Positions 22,874-32,700 of a stretch of 64,000 nucleotides of DNA are shown piece by piece. The translations under genes were made by a program, and so were the position numbers. How positions within the stretch are numbered: the stretch's first letter is position 1; the number at the start of each line of letters is the position of its first letter. The notes under the pieces were generated by a model that saw only the letters and a list, made by a program, of their open reading frames with translations, ran no database searches and was not told the origin of the DNA. This DNA is from an uncultured Acidobacteriota bacterium. GTDB lineage: Bacteria > Acidobacteriota > Thermoanaerobaculia > Gp7-AA8. Location of the stretch: the NCBI GenBank assembly GCA_963822445.1, contig CAWGHO010000002.1, positions 1,376,001 to 1,440,000 of the forward strand. The letters are read 5' to 3'.

Positions 22874-23734
22874 TTACGACGCTTTCCGTTTCTTCGGCGC
22901 GGTCTTCGCGGCCGGTTTGGCCGGCGCACGTTTCGCTGGTGCGCGCTTCTTCGCGCCGGCTCCGCCACCTTCGAGACTGCGGCGCAGCGCTTCCATGATG
23001 TCGACGACTTCCGCGGCCTTGTCTTCGTCGGGAGCGCTCCAAATGATCGTCTCGCCTTCCGACTTCGCGCGGATCCTGTCCATCAGCCGCTCGCGATACT
23101 GATCCTTGTAAGCCAGCGGATCGAACTCCTCGACGGACAGCTCGCTGATCAACATCTCCGCGAGCGCGATCTCCTTGTCCTTGAGCTGCGAGTCCTCGCG
23201 ATCGATCGCGGCGAAGTCGCGCACCTCGTCGGCGTAATACATCGTGTGCAGGATCAGACCGTCCTCGTACGGACGGAGCACGACGAGATGCTCGCGGTTT
23301 CCGCTGACCCAGCGGGCCACGGCCACCTTCCCCTGTTTCTTCATCGCCTGGGCGAGGAGGTTGTAGGTCTTGCTGCCGCCCGGCGAGGGCCCGAGGTAGT
23401 AGGCCTTTTCGAAGAAGACCGGGTCGATCTGGTCGAGGTCGACGAACTCGGTGATCTCCAGCGCGCGGTTGTCGTCGCTCTCCAACGCGTTGATCTCTTC
23501 ATCGGAGAAAGTGACGTAGCGGTTCTTCGCGATCTGGTACGCGCGGACCATGTCCCCCATCTCGATCATCTCTTCGTGCTGCGGGCACCACCACTTGCGA
23601 TTCACCCGCGAGCCGCACGAGCCGTGGAGGAGATTGAAGCTGACGTCCTCCGACTTCGTGGCCGTGTAGAAGCGGACGGGGATGTTCACCAGTCCGAACG
23701 AGATGCTGGCGTTGCGCAGAGGGCGTAAAGCCAT
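22874..23734 (-). CDS. ku: Non-homologous end-joining protein Ku
   Basis: ISFGLVNIPVRFY, IDPVFFEKAYYLGP, YADEVR, VVDIMEALRRSL, basic tail; RBS AGGAGG. Confidence 0.96.
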   Translation of the reverse strand: MALRPLRNASISFGLVNIPVRFYTATKSEDVSFNLLHGSCGSRVNRKWWCPQHEEMIEMGDMVRAYQIAKNRYVTFSDEEINALESDDNRALEITEFVDLDQIDPVFFEKAYYLGPSPGGSKTYNLLAQAMKKQGKVAVARWVSGNREHLVVLRPYEDGLILHTMYYADEVRDFAAIDREDSQLKDKEIALAEMLISELSVEEFDPLAYKDQYRERLMDRIRAKSEGETIIWSAPDEDKAAEVVDIMEALRRSLEGGGAGAKKRAPAKRAPAKPAAKTAPKKRKAS

Positions 23735-23848
23735 GAGGTTGCCTCCTGCGGGGTACTTTGCATACGCTGTTCCTGCCGGAACTAGCTGTGTTTCGTAGAA
23801 TTTAGCTCGTCACCGGCGTCGTTTTTGCAACAGAGGCGCCCGGCATCG

Positions 23849-26152
23849 ATGTCCCCATCAATTCGGCGAATGGTGTGGGTGGTCTTCATTGGACTCACCC
23901 TTCTGACTGCGGCTGGCGTCGCTTTGACGATCTCCGTCCTGCGGATGGAGCAGCGCACCGAGCACCGGATCGTCGAGGAATCCCGCCCGCTGCTGGACGC
24001 CGTCCGCACGATGGACGAGTCGCTGATCACGATGGTCTCCGCGTCGCGCGGCTTCGTCGTGACCGAAGAGACGGCGTTCGCCCAGCAGTATGACGACGCC
24101 ATTCGCGAGTTCGAGCGCGCGGCCGAACAGGCCACCGAGCTGGCCACCGAACCGCGTCACGTGAAGTCGGTCAAAGGATTCCGGGACCATTTCAAGGAGA
24201 TCAAGGGGCTTACTGATCAGCAGATCAGGGACGGCCAGAGCGGCAACTGGAGAGTCTTGATGGTCGAGATCGCCCGAAGCCGGCGTCTCGCACCTGATTA
24301 CGCCGGCCTGCTGCACGACCAGATCCGCACCGAGCAGCGCTCCGATCTCGATCGCATCAGCGCCGCCCGCCAGTGGGTGATGATGGGCATGGTCTTCCTC
24401 GGCCTCGCCGTCATCGGCCTGGCCGCGGTTTACGCCTGGAGGATCGAGCGCCAGCTCGGCGAGTCGATCACCAAACAGGTCAGGCGCACCGAGGCGATGA
24501 TCGCGGGCATGGCCGACGGCGTGATGCTCGTCGACCAGGACGGCAAGACCGTCTTCATCAATCCCGCGGGGCAGAGACTCCTCGGCAAGGCCGCGGTCGG
24601 CGTTCCGATCTTCCGGCATTCCGAGGTTTACCGCCTGCGTGATGCCGCGGGCCGCATTCTCGATGCCCAGGAACTGCCGGCCGCGCAGGCGCTCTCCACC
24701 GGCCGCGCGGTGCAGGACGTCACCGTTCTCATCGCCCGCGATCAGGATCGCGTCGCCGTCTCCATGAGCGCCACGCCGCTGCATGAAGAAGGGCGCACCA
24801 CCGGCGTCGTCGTCACCTTCCGCGACATCACCGAGCGCCGCGCGCTCGAGGAGCAGATGCAGTTGCAGGCCGAGCGCGCGCAGATCCTTGCGGACGCCGG
24901 TGCGTTCTTCGCCAGCAACATCGATCCGAACTGGGTGACCCAGGCCATCGCCGAGCGCGTGGCCGAGGTGCTCGGCGACTGGTCGGCGGTGATCCTGCGG
25001 GCCGCGGACGCGAAGGAGCTCAACGTCGCCGCGATCTATCACCGCGACATGGCCTCCCTCGGACTGGCCTGGTCCTACATCTATCGCCAGCCGCTCGTCG
25101 TCGGCGAAGGATTGATCGGACAGGTGGTCGCGACCGGTTACCCGTCGCTGACCACGAATGTGCGCGGCATCGCCGACGTGACCAACCCCGGCACGTATCA
25201 CCCGTCGCCGGTGAAGCTCGCGTCGCTGCTCATCCTTCCGCTGCGCACGCGCCGCGAAATGATCGGCGCGCTGATCATCGCCGCGAACGATCCCGATCGC
25301 GCAATGACCGACGACAAGCTGCCGCTCGCCGAGCTTCTCGCCGAGCGCGCCGCGCTGGCGATCGAGAATGCCGCGCTGTACACCGAGCAGGTCGAAGCAC
25401 GCCGCAAGGTGGAAGACCTGTCGCGGCTCAAAGACGAATTCCTCTCCATCGCTTCGCATGAGCTACGCACGCCGGTCACGTCGATCAAGGGCTACACGCA
25501 GCTCGCGAAGATGCTCATCAAGGAAGGGGACCTCAATACTTCCGAGGAGTATCTCGATATCGCGCTGGACCAGATCGATCGCATGTCGCGGTTGATCCTC
25601 GAGCTGCTCGACGTGTCCCGCATCGAGACGGGCAGGCTGGAGATCCGCCGCGAGCCGATCGCCTGGGCGCATTTCGTTCGGGACGTCGTCCATCGCCATC
25701 ACACCGCGGTCAGCGATCGCCGCTTCCACGTGAGCGTTCCCGACGACGCCAAGATCGTCACCGGCGATCGCGATCGTCTCGAGCAGGTCCTCGGCAATCT
25801 CCTCGAGAACGCGGTCAAGTACTCGCCTGACGGAAGCGACATCACCGTGACCGTCGACAATCGCGGCGAGTCGTTCGTGACCGCCGTGTGCGACCGCGGC
25901 ATCGGCATTCCCGCCGACGAGTTGGGTCAAGTTTTCGAGCGCTTCCACCGCGGCCGGCAGGTCTCCTCGACCAACTACGGCGGCCTCGGACTCGGTCTCT
26001 ACATCACCAAACAGATCATCGAGCGCCATGGCGGCTCGATCTGGGTGGAGAGCAAGGAAGGGCAGGGCACGACGTTCTACTTCTCGCTGCCCGTCGCGGA
26101 TTCCGCGGCCATCGCCGCGCTGCCCCCAGCGCAAGCGGTCGGCGCTTCGTAA
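23849..26152 (+). CDS. Membrane sensor histidine kinase (periplasmic sensor, PAS, GAF, HisKA, HATPase)
   Basis: Two TMs, PAS ending FRDITERR, GAF, ASHELRTPVTSIKG, NLLENAVKYS, DRGIGI, GLGLGL. Confidence 0.93.
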   Translation: MSPSIRRMVWVVFIGLTLLTAAGVALTISVLRMEQRTEHRIVEESRPLLDAVRTMDESLITMVSASRGFVVTEETAFAQQYDDAIREFERAAEQATELATEPRHVKSVKGFRDHFKEIKGLTDQQIRDGQSGNWRVLMVEIARSRRLAPDYAGLLHDQIRTEQRSDLDRISAARQWVMMGMVFLGLAVIGLAAVYAWRIERQLGESITKQVRRTEAMIAGMADGVMLVDQDGKTVFINPAGQRLLGKAAVGVPIFRHSEVYRLRDAAGRILDAQELPAAQALSTGRAVQDVTVLIARDQDRVAVSMSATPLHEEGRTTGVVVTFRDITERRALEEQMQLQAERAQILADAGAFFASNIDPNWVTQAIAERVAEVLGDWSAVILRAADAKELNVAAIYHRDMASLGLAWSYIYRQPLVVGEGLIGQVVATGYPSLTTNVRGIADVTNPGTYHPSPVKLASLLILPLRTRREMIGALIIAANDPDRAMTDDKLPLAELLAERAALAIENAALYTEQVEARRKVEDLSRLKDEFLSIASHELRTPVTSIKGYTQLAKMLIKEGDLNTSEEYLDIALDQIDRMSRLILELLDVSRIETGRLEIRREPIAWAHFVRDVVHRHHTAVSDRRFHVSVPDDAKIVTGDRDRLEQVLGNLLENAVKYSPDGSDITVTVDNRGESFVTAVCDRGIGIPADELGQVFERFHRGRQVSSTNYGGLGLGLYITKQIIERHGGSIWVESKEGQGTTFYFSLPVADSAAIAALPPAQAVGAS

Positions 26153-26161
26153 CTACCTTCG

Positions 26162-28963
26162 ATGCGTCTCGCGCTCCTGCTTTTTGTTGCGCTCACCTCG
26201 AGCGGCGAGACGTTGATCCGCGAGTCGCTCATCGGAACGCACGTGCGCGAGGTCCGGACGCCCGAGTGTGTGGTGTTCGAGGATCCGCTCCGGCCGTTTG
26301 CGTACGAGTACGACGCTGCGGGGCGGCTGATCCGGCGCACGCCGCTCTTTTTCAACAGTGCCCAGCCGGCGCGCGTGTTCGATCCCAATCCCGTCGCGGC
26401 GATCAACGATCCGTCGCTGCGCGATGACAACGACTCGCCGTTCGCCGTGCCGCAGCACGCCTACTCGAATGCAACCGTCGACCTTCTCGGTCCGCACGTG
26501 CGCGTCGTCGAGCAGCGGCCTCCGGCGACCACGCAACCCGATCCGAATGCGCCGCTGATGTTCGACCGCGGCGACGATCGTTTCGAGCCGGTCAACGCCG
26601 CCTTTCACATCGATCGCACCCAGCGCCATCTTCAGGACCTCGGCTATCGAGGCGCGCGGCAGCTCGTGCCGTATGCGATTGAAGTCGATGCGCTGGCGGC
26701 GACCGGTGCCGACACGTCGTTCTTCGTTCCGTCGTTCACCGAGCCGGGTCGCGGATCGCTGCACTACGGCATCGCCGGAACCGACGACGCCGAAGACGGC
26801 GATCTCGTCGTGCACGAGTACGGTCACGCGATTCTCGAATGGATCGCGCCGGGCACGTTCGGCGGATCGTTCTTCAGCGAATCGCGAGCGTTCAGCGAGG
26901 CTTTCTGCGATTACCTCGCGTTTTCGGCGCATTACGAACAGCGCATTGAATCGGGTCGCGATCCGTTCTGCTTCGCCGACTGGGATGCACGCTGCTGGAC
27001 CGATGCGACGTCGGAAGGCTGCGGCTATCCGGCCGGATCCGATTGCCTGCGCCGCCTGGACGGCACGCGAACCATGGCCGACTACGAGCGTCTCGACTCA
27101 TCCGGCGTGGAGCATCGCAACTCGCAGATCCTCTCGCCTGCATTTCGCGAGATCTTCCTGAAGCTCGGCCGCACGGCGACGGACGTGATCCTGATCGAGT
27201 CGCTGTTCGACGCGCCGCCGCATCCGACGTTCGCGATCATGGCCCGGCGGATCATCGAAGCCGACCGGCAGCTTTTCGGCGGCGTTCATCGCGACACGAT
27301 CTGCGCGGCGATGACCGCGCGGGGCATCGCGGTGTCGTGCGACGGAACGCCGCGCGGCGAGCTGACGATCGTGCAGAGCGCCGACCGCTCGATTCCCATT
27401 CCGGAGCGCGATCCCAATGGCATCGTCTCGCGGATCGTGGTCAGCGACCCGCGCACGATCGAGCGGATCGCCGTCCGCGTCGACATCGAGCACACCTTGC
27501 GCGGCGATCTGCGCATCGAGCTCGTCGCGCCGGATGGGACGAGAGTCCTGCTGAAGAACATCTCCTTCGAGCGCACTCCCGACATTCACGCGACGTTCGG
27601 CATCGACGCCCAATCCGTCGAATCGCTGGATGTTCTGCGCGGGAAACCGGCCGCGGGAACGTGGGAGCTGCGCATCGCCGACCTGAGCCTGCTCGACGTC
27701 GGCACGCTGCAGTCGTGGGGCCTGGTCATTCAGTTCGCGGGCGAGGAGCCGCTCGCGACGCGGCCGCGGTCGGCGAAGACGCAGATGATCCCCGTCGTCA
27801 CGCATCTTTACGGCGAGGGCGTCACGCCGTGGGCGAGCGACGTGCGCGTGGCGAACATCACTGATGTTCCGCGGACGGCCACGCTCATCTTCACGCGGAG
27901 CGGTGACGATGGAACGGCCAGCTTCAGCGCCGTCGACGTGTTCCTCGAAGCAGGAGCGACCGCGTCCTTCAACGACGTCGTCTCCACGCTTTTTCAGACG
28001 ACCGGCAGCGGCTCGCTGGAGGTGCTCGGCGATGTGCTCGTGACCAGCAGGACGTACACGACGCTGGCGAATGGCGGACAGCTCGGACAGGAGGTTCCGG
28101 CCACGACGGGAGCGGCCACGCTGTATGTCGCCGGCCTGGCCACGACCTTCACCCGCTACAACCTCGGCATCATCGAGACGTCCGGCAATCGGACGCGTGT
28201 CGTCATGACGACGCCTGCCGAGACGCGCGAGCTCGTGCTCGAGCCGTTCAGTCACGTGCAGATTGCGGGGATTTCATCCGCTCACCTCAGAGCGGAAGAA
28301 GGGCGGATTGCCGCGTACATCTCTCAGATCCATCGCTTCGAGGGGGATGATCCGCTCTTCGTTCCCGCGCAGCAGTGGCCGCGCGAAACGGTCCTCGAGA
28401 TCGCGCCGGCGATTTACGCCGACGGCGTGAACCGCACCGTGTGGCGCACGGATCTCTGGGTCGCCGATCCGGACAGCACGGAGCCCTTCGAAGCGCGTTA
28501 CCGGGGATTCGAGGTCACGCGCGATCCCGGGGTCTACATCGACGCGGTTCGGGAAACCTTCGGCTATCCGGGCACTTCCGGCCCGCTCTTCGTCGAATCG
28601 AGCAGTTTCGCCGCGACGAGGATCTTCAACGGCCGGTCCTCGCAATTCGTCCCGCTGCGCGCCCTCGATGACCGCCGCGAACAGCACCTCATCGGCATCG
28701 ACAACAACGCCACGCAGCGGGCGAATATCGGAATCGTCTCGGATGGCTCTGCCTCCGCCCAGGTGCTGGTTTACGACGCGGGCGGGAAGCTGGTCGATTC
28801 GTTCACGCTGTTCGCGCCGGCCGGCCTGGCCCAGGGCGGAGTCGCCGCGAATGTGACCGGCGGCCGGGCCGTGGTCCGCCACGTGGCCGGAGGCCGCATC
28901 CGCGCCTACGCCTCGGTGATCGACAACCGGAGCCGTGACGCGGCCTTCGTCGACGGGCAGTAG
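26162..28963 (+). CDS. Secreted M36/M4-like metallopeptidase with proprotein-convertase P-domain and repeated C-terminal domains
   Basis: Signal peptide, VVHEYGH, AFSEAFCDY, P-domain (IEHTLRGDLRIELVAPDG...GTWELRIAD...GTLQSWGL). Confidence 0.85.
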   Translation: MRLALLLFVALTSSGETLIRESLIGTHVREVRTPECVVFEDPLRPFAYEYDAAGRLIRRTPLFFNSAQPARVFDPNPVAAINDPSLRDDNDSPFAVPQHAYSNATVDLLGPHVRVVEQRPPATTQPDPNAPLMFDRGDDRFEPVNAAFHIDRTQRHLQDLGYRGARQLVPYAIEVDALAATGADTSFFVPSFTEPGRGSLHYGIAGTDDAEDGDLVVHEYGHAILEWIAPGTFGGSFFSESRAFSEAFCDYLAFSAHYEQRIESGRDPFCFADWDARCWTDATSEGCGYPAGSDCLRRLDGTRTMADYERLDSSGVEHRNSQILSPAFREIFLKLGRTATDVILIESLFDAPPHPTFAIMARRIIEADRQLFGGVHRDTICAAMTARGIAVSCDGTPRGELTIVQSADRSIPIPERDPNGIVSRIVVSDPRTIERIAVRVDIEHTLRGDLRIELVAPDGTRVLLKNISFERTPDIHATFGIDAQSVESLDVLRGKPAAGTWELRIADLSLLDVGTLQSWGLVIQFAGEEPLATRPRSAKTQMIPVVTHLYGEGVTPWASDVRVANITDVPRTATLIFTRSGDDGTASFSAVDVFLEAGATASFNDVVSTLFQTTGSGSLEVLGDVLVTSRTYTTLANGGQLGQEVPATTGAATLYVAGLATTFTRYNLGIIETSGNRTRVVMTTPAETRELVLEPFSHVQIAGISSAHLRAEEGRIAAYISQIHRFEGDDPLFVPAQQWPRETVLEIAPAIYADGVNRTVWRTDLWVADPDSTEPFEARYRGFEVTRDPGVYIDAVRETFGYPGTSGPLFVESSSFAATRIFNGRSSQFVPLRALDDRREQHLIGIDNNATQRANIGIVSDGSASAQVLVYDAGGKLVDSFTLFAPAGLAQGGVAANVTGGRAVVRHVAGGRIRAYASVIDNRSRDAAFVDGQ

Positions 28964-29062
28964 GGTGCGCCTGCAGGGACGCAGCTAAAGGCAGCCGCAC
29001 GTGCACCGGCGCAGCAACCCACGCGGCGGCCCGTGGCCGCACTGATGTATTCTCCCGCCGCC

Positions 29063-29695
29063 ATGTCCGAAAACCCGCAGCGCCAGACGCTGCCGGAGCC
29101 ACAGACGCTGGCGCAGCTCCCGTTTCCCATCCTCGAGGAAGTGATCCGGCAGTTGCGCTCCACGCGCAACGACATCATCCGCTTCGGCGTCTGGAACATC
29201 CGCAATCTCAACGACGACGAATTCAACAAGACCGACGACCGCAAGCTCCTCGGCTACTTCCGCCAGGACCTGCTCGAGACCCGCTTCCTGTCCAAGGGCC
29301 GGCGCATCGATCTCATTCAGCTCTGGCACTGGTATGACGACCAGATGAGCGGCATCGAGCCGCTGCTGATCGACGGCCGGGAAGTCCTGCTCAACATCCA
29401 GGACAAAGACCTCGACAAGGTCCGCAAGCGCATCGCCGAGATCCAGTCCTTCTTCCCGAACCTGCGCGGCGACGATCTCGATGCCTTCCGCCGGGTCAAG
29501 TACAAGCTCCGCCGGACGGTGATGCGGCTGACCTACGACCTCCATCACCTCTTCAAACGGCTGGAGAAGTACCGGAAGAACCTCTACATCGGCAGCGGCG
29601 CGCCGCCGCGCCCCGAGCGGGAACGGGTCCCGCTCGAGGCCGTGGCCGAGATCCCCGAGCCGACACTCGTCGGGGACGACGGAATTGAGGATTGA
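29063..29695 (+). CDS. Hypothetical protein
   Basis: Strongly C/G-ending codons; helical, charged; no recognised motif; stop codon lies inside the repeat element. Confidence 0.75.
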   Translation: MSENPQRQTLPEPQTLAQLPFPILEEVIRQLRSTRNDIIRFGVWNIRNLNDDEFNKTDDRKLLGYFRQDLLETRFLSKGRRIDLIQLWHWYDDQMSGIEPLLIDGREVLLNIQDKDLDKVRKRIAEIQSFFPNLRGDDLDAFRRVKYKLRRTVMRLTYDLHHLFKRLEKYRKNLYIGSGAPPRPERERVPLEAVAEIPEPTLVGDDGIED

Positions 29696-29753
29696 GAATT
29701 GAGAATTGAGGATGAACCGAATCCTCAATCCTCAATCCTTCAATCCTCAATCC
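29681..29753. repeat. Inverted heptamer-array hairpin (GAGRATT)n...(AATCCTC)n
   Basis: Between convergent genes; about four units per arm, short loop. Confidence 0.85.
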
Positions 29754-29755
29754 GG

Positions 29756-32700
29756 TCAGACGTCGACGTCGATCACGCCGCCTTCCGTCACCACCACCGG
29801 CACCGACCTCACCACCGTCGTGTCGTTGTTGGTCAGCACCTGGATGGTGTAACTCCCCGGTGCCACGTGGTCGACGGGCAGCGTCGCCGGGCTGGCGGCG
29901 AGATCGCGGACCGGGTTCGGGTTCGTCGTTCGCGGGTACACGACGCCGCGCGCGTCGACGAGTCGAACGCGCTGGCGGTCCGATCGCGTGGAGTGCAACA
30001 TGATCTTGCCGCCGCGCGACAGCCCCACCGTCTGCGTGCCCGGTGAGGTGAGGTTGACCGTCACCGGCGCGTAATCCATCGACGTGACCGTGGCCACGTA
30101 CTCGCCCGGCGGAAGCGTGAGCTTGATGTCCGACGGCGACTCGCCGAAGCGCATGCCCGAGTCCTGCACGATGCGGCCGGCCTGGTCGAACACCCAGACG
30201 AACGCGTTGATGGCCTGGCCGTTCCGGGCATCGACCACCTTCAGCGTCACGCCGTCGTTCTTCGACAGCCTGAATTCGAGATCGGCCGGCTGCCGGTCGG
30301 TGATCACGAGCTCCTTCGGCTCCTGGGCGAAGCCGGTCTTGTCCGCGCTCACCGTGTACGTGCCCGGCGCGACGAAGTCGATCGTGAAATTGCCGTTGAC
30401 GTCCGTCGCCGCGCCCATCTCGCCGCGGAACGGCACATCGGTCGTCGTGGCGCGCAGGCGCACGCGGGCGTCGTTGATCGGATCGCCCGTGGCCGCGTCG
30501 ACCACCCGGCCGCGCAACGCGCTGGCGTTGTAATCGATGTCGAACGTGCTCGAGCCGCTCACGTCGTACGTCGTCTGGTAGGGGCTGAAGCGCTGCATGT
30601 CCATGACGAAGACCGAGTATTCGCCGGCTTCGAGACCGCTCACCGAGTAATTGCCCTGCTGGTCCGTCGTCGCCGAGCTCGAGGTCTGCGAGCTCGCACC
30701 GCGGCGCGGGGTGAAGCTCACGTTCGCGCTGGCCAGCGGCTTTCCGTTTCGCGTCACGCGGCCGGTGATGACCGTGTCCGAGCGGAACTCCAGATCGACC
30801 TGCCGCGATTCGCCGGCGGCAACGGTCACCGTCTGCGGCTGCGAGCTCTTGCGGGTCGAGAAGTTACGCGACACGACTCCGGCCACGCGAACCGTGCCGA
30901 TCGGCGCGCCTTCGAGCCGGTAATTGCCGGTGGAGTCGACCGACGTGCTCGCGAACGTCTCGCCCCGGAACTCCACCATCGCGCTCTGCAGCTCGTCCGG
31001 CGTGAGTCCGCGGACCTGGCCGTAGATCGTGGCGCCGCTCTTCATCACCAGCCGGACCGGCGCGCCCGCGCTGACGTCGACGTCATCGACGGTCGCTTCG
31101 GCGAATCCACGTTTGCTCGCCGAGAAACGGTAGCGAGCCGGCGACAGCGATTCGAAAGCGAACGTGCCATTCGCATCCGTCCTCGCGGTGCGGAACGCGC
31201 CCGCGCCGGCCATGGCCGCGACCTCGGCATCGGGAACCGGTGCGCCCGATTCCGTGACCACTACGCCGGTGATCCGCTGTCCGGCCGAGAGCTGGACGTC
31301 GAGACGCACCTCGGTGCCCTTGACGGTGATCTCCTTGCGCGTGCCGACGTACTTCTGATGTGAGAACTCGATGTTCGTGTCGGTCGGCTCGAGCGCGTCC
31401 AGCGTGTACTCGCCGTTCGAGTCGGTCACGGTGATCTTGCGCTCCATGCTGAACGTTCCGGAGCCCGATTGCGCCGCGACGCGCACCGTTGCGCCGCTGA
31501 GCGCCGCGCCATCCGGGCCGGTGACCTTGCCCACCAGCTTCGTGCCGGGATCGACCTCGATCTCGATCCCAGTGAGCGGCTTCCCTTCCTCCAGGGTCAG
31601 ATTCATGCGCGCCTGGGCGTAGCCGGGCGCGGTGGCGATGAGGTTCACCGCGCCGGTGGGGATGTTCTCCAGCGTGAACGTGCCGTCGTCACTGGTGAAT
31701 GCGCGCAGTTGCGGCGGGGCCATCATCACCATGCCGCCGCCGCCGCGGGAGACCGACACGCCGGCCTGGAAGGAAGGCAGCGGCTTGCGCGTCGCTTTGT
31801 CGATCACCCGTCCGCTCACGCGAGTGCCGGTCGGCAGCTCGATGAGCACGTCGCGGCCCGGCGCGGTGAGTGTGCGCATCTCCTGGATGAAGTCCGTTTC
31901 CTTGCGCATCGACGCCCGCAGCTCGCCGGGCGACAGACCGGAGAGCACGAACGAGCCATCGGGACCGGTCGTCGTAGTCGCGCCCGAGCCCATCTCCGAG
32001 AAAGTGTTGATCATCACGCCGTCCACGCCCACGCCGTTGCGGACGATGCGGCCGGTGATCTCGACGGCAGGTTCGAGCGATGCTTCGAGCGGCGCGTTCG
32101 AGGTCACCGTGATGGACTGACCGCGCAGCGTCTTCGCGGCGAACCCTTCGCGGCGGAACACGAAGTCGTACGTCCCTTCCTTCACGCGCAGGGTGAAGAG
32201 GCCGTCCGTGCCGGTCTTGACGTTGTCTTCCTCCGCTCCGGCTCCGCCGAGCATGACGATGTTGCGGATCATGCCGCCGCGCGGTCCGCCGGCGACTTCG
32301 TTCGCGGCGACGGTGACGCCCGACAGCGGATTGCCGTCGCGATCGGTCACCTTGCCGGTCACGGCGATGCCGCTGGGGATGGTGACCACGATGCCGGATT
32401 TGCGATCGCCCGGCGCGATGCGGAACGTGTCGCTCTTGGCCGGCGGCAGACCGCGGCGCGACGCTCTGACGCGCATGTCGCTGTCGCCCTGCACGCGCGT
32501 GCTGAAGCGGCCGTCGGGACCGGACACCGCGGTGCTGTCGCGCATCATCCGCATCGGCGACATCGAAAACGTCTCCGACCCACCAGCCTCCTCGGCCACG
32601 ACCGTCGCCGCGGCCACGGGCTTGCGGTCCTCGTTGACGACGGTGCCGCTCACGCGCGCCAGCGGGATGGCGGGCAGATCGCGCGATTGCGTCTGGCCGG

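Noticed and set aside
28964-29045. Weak GC-rich palindromes in the intergenic gap
   Set aside because: Too degenerate to distinguish from chance at this GC content.
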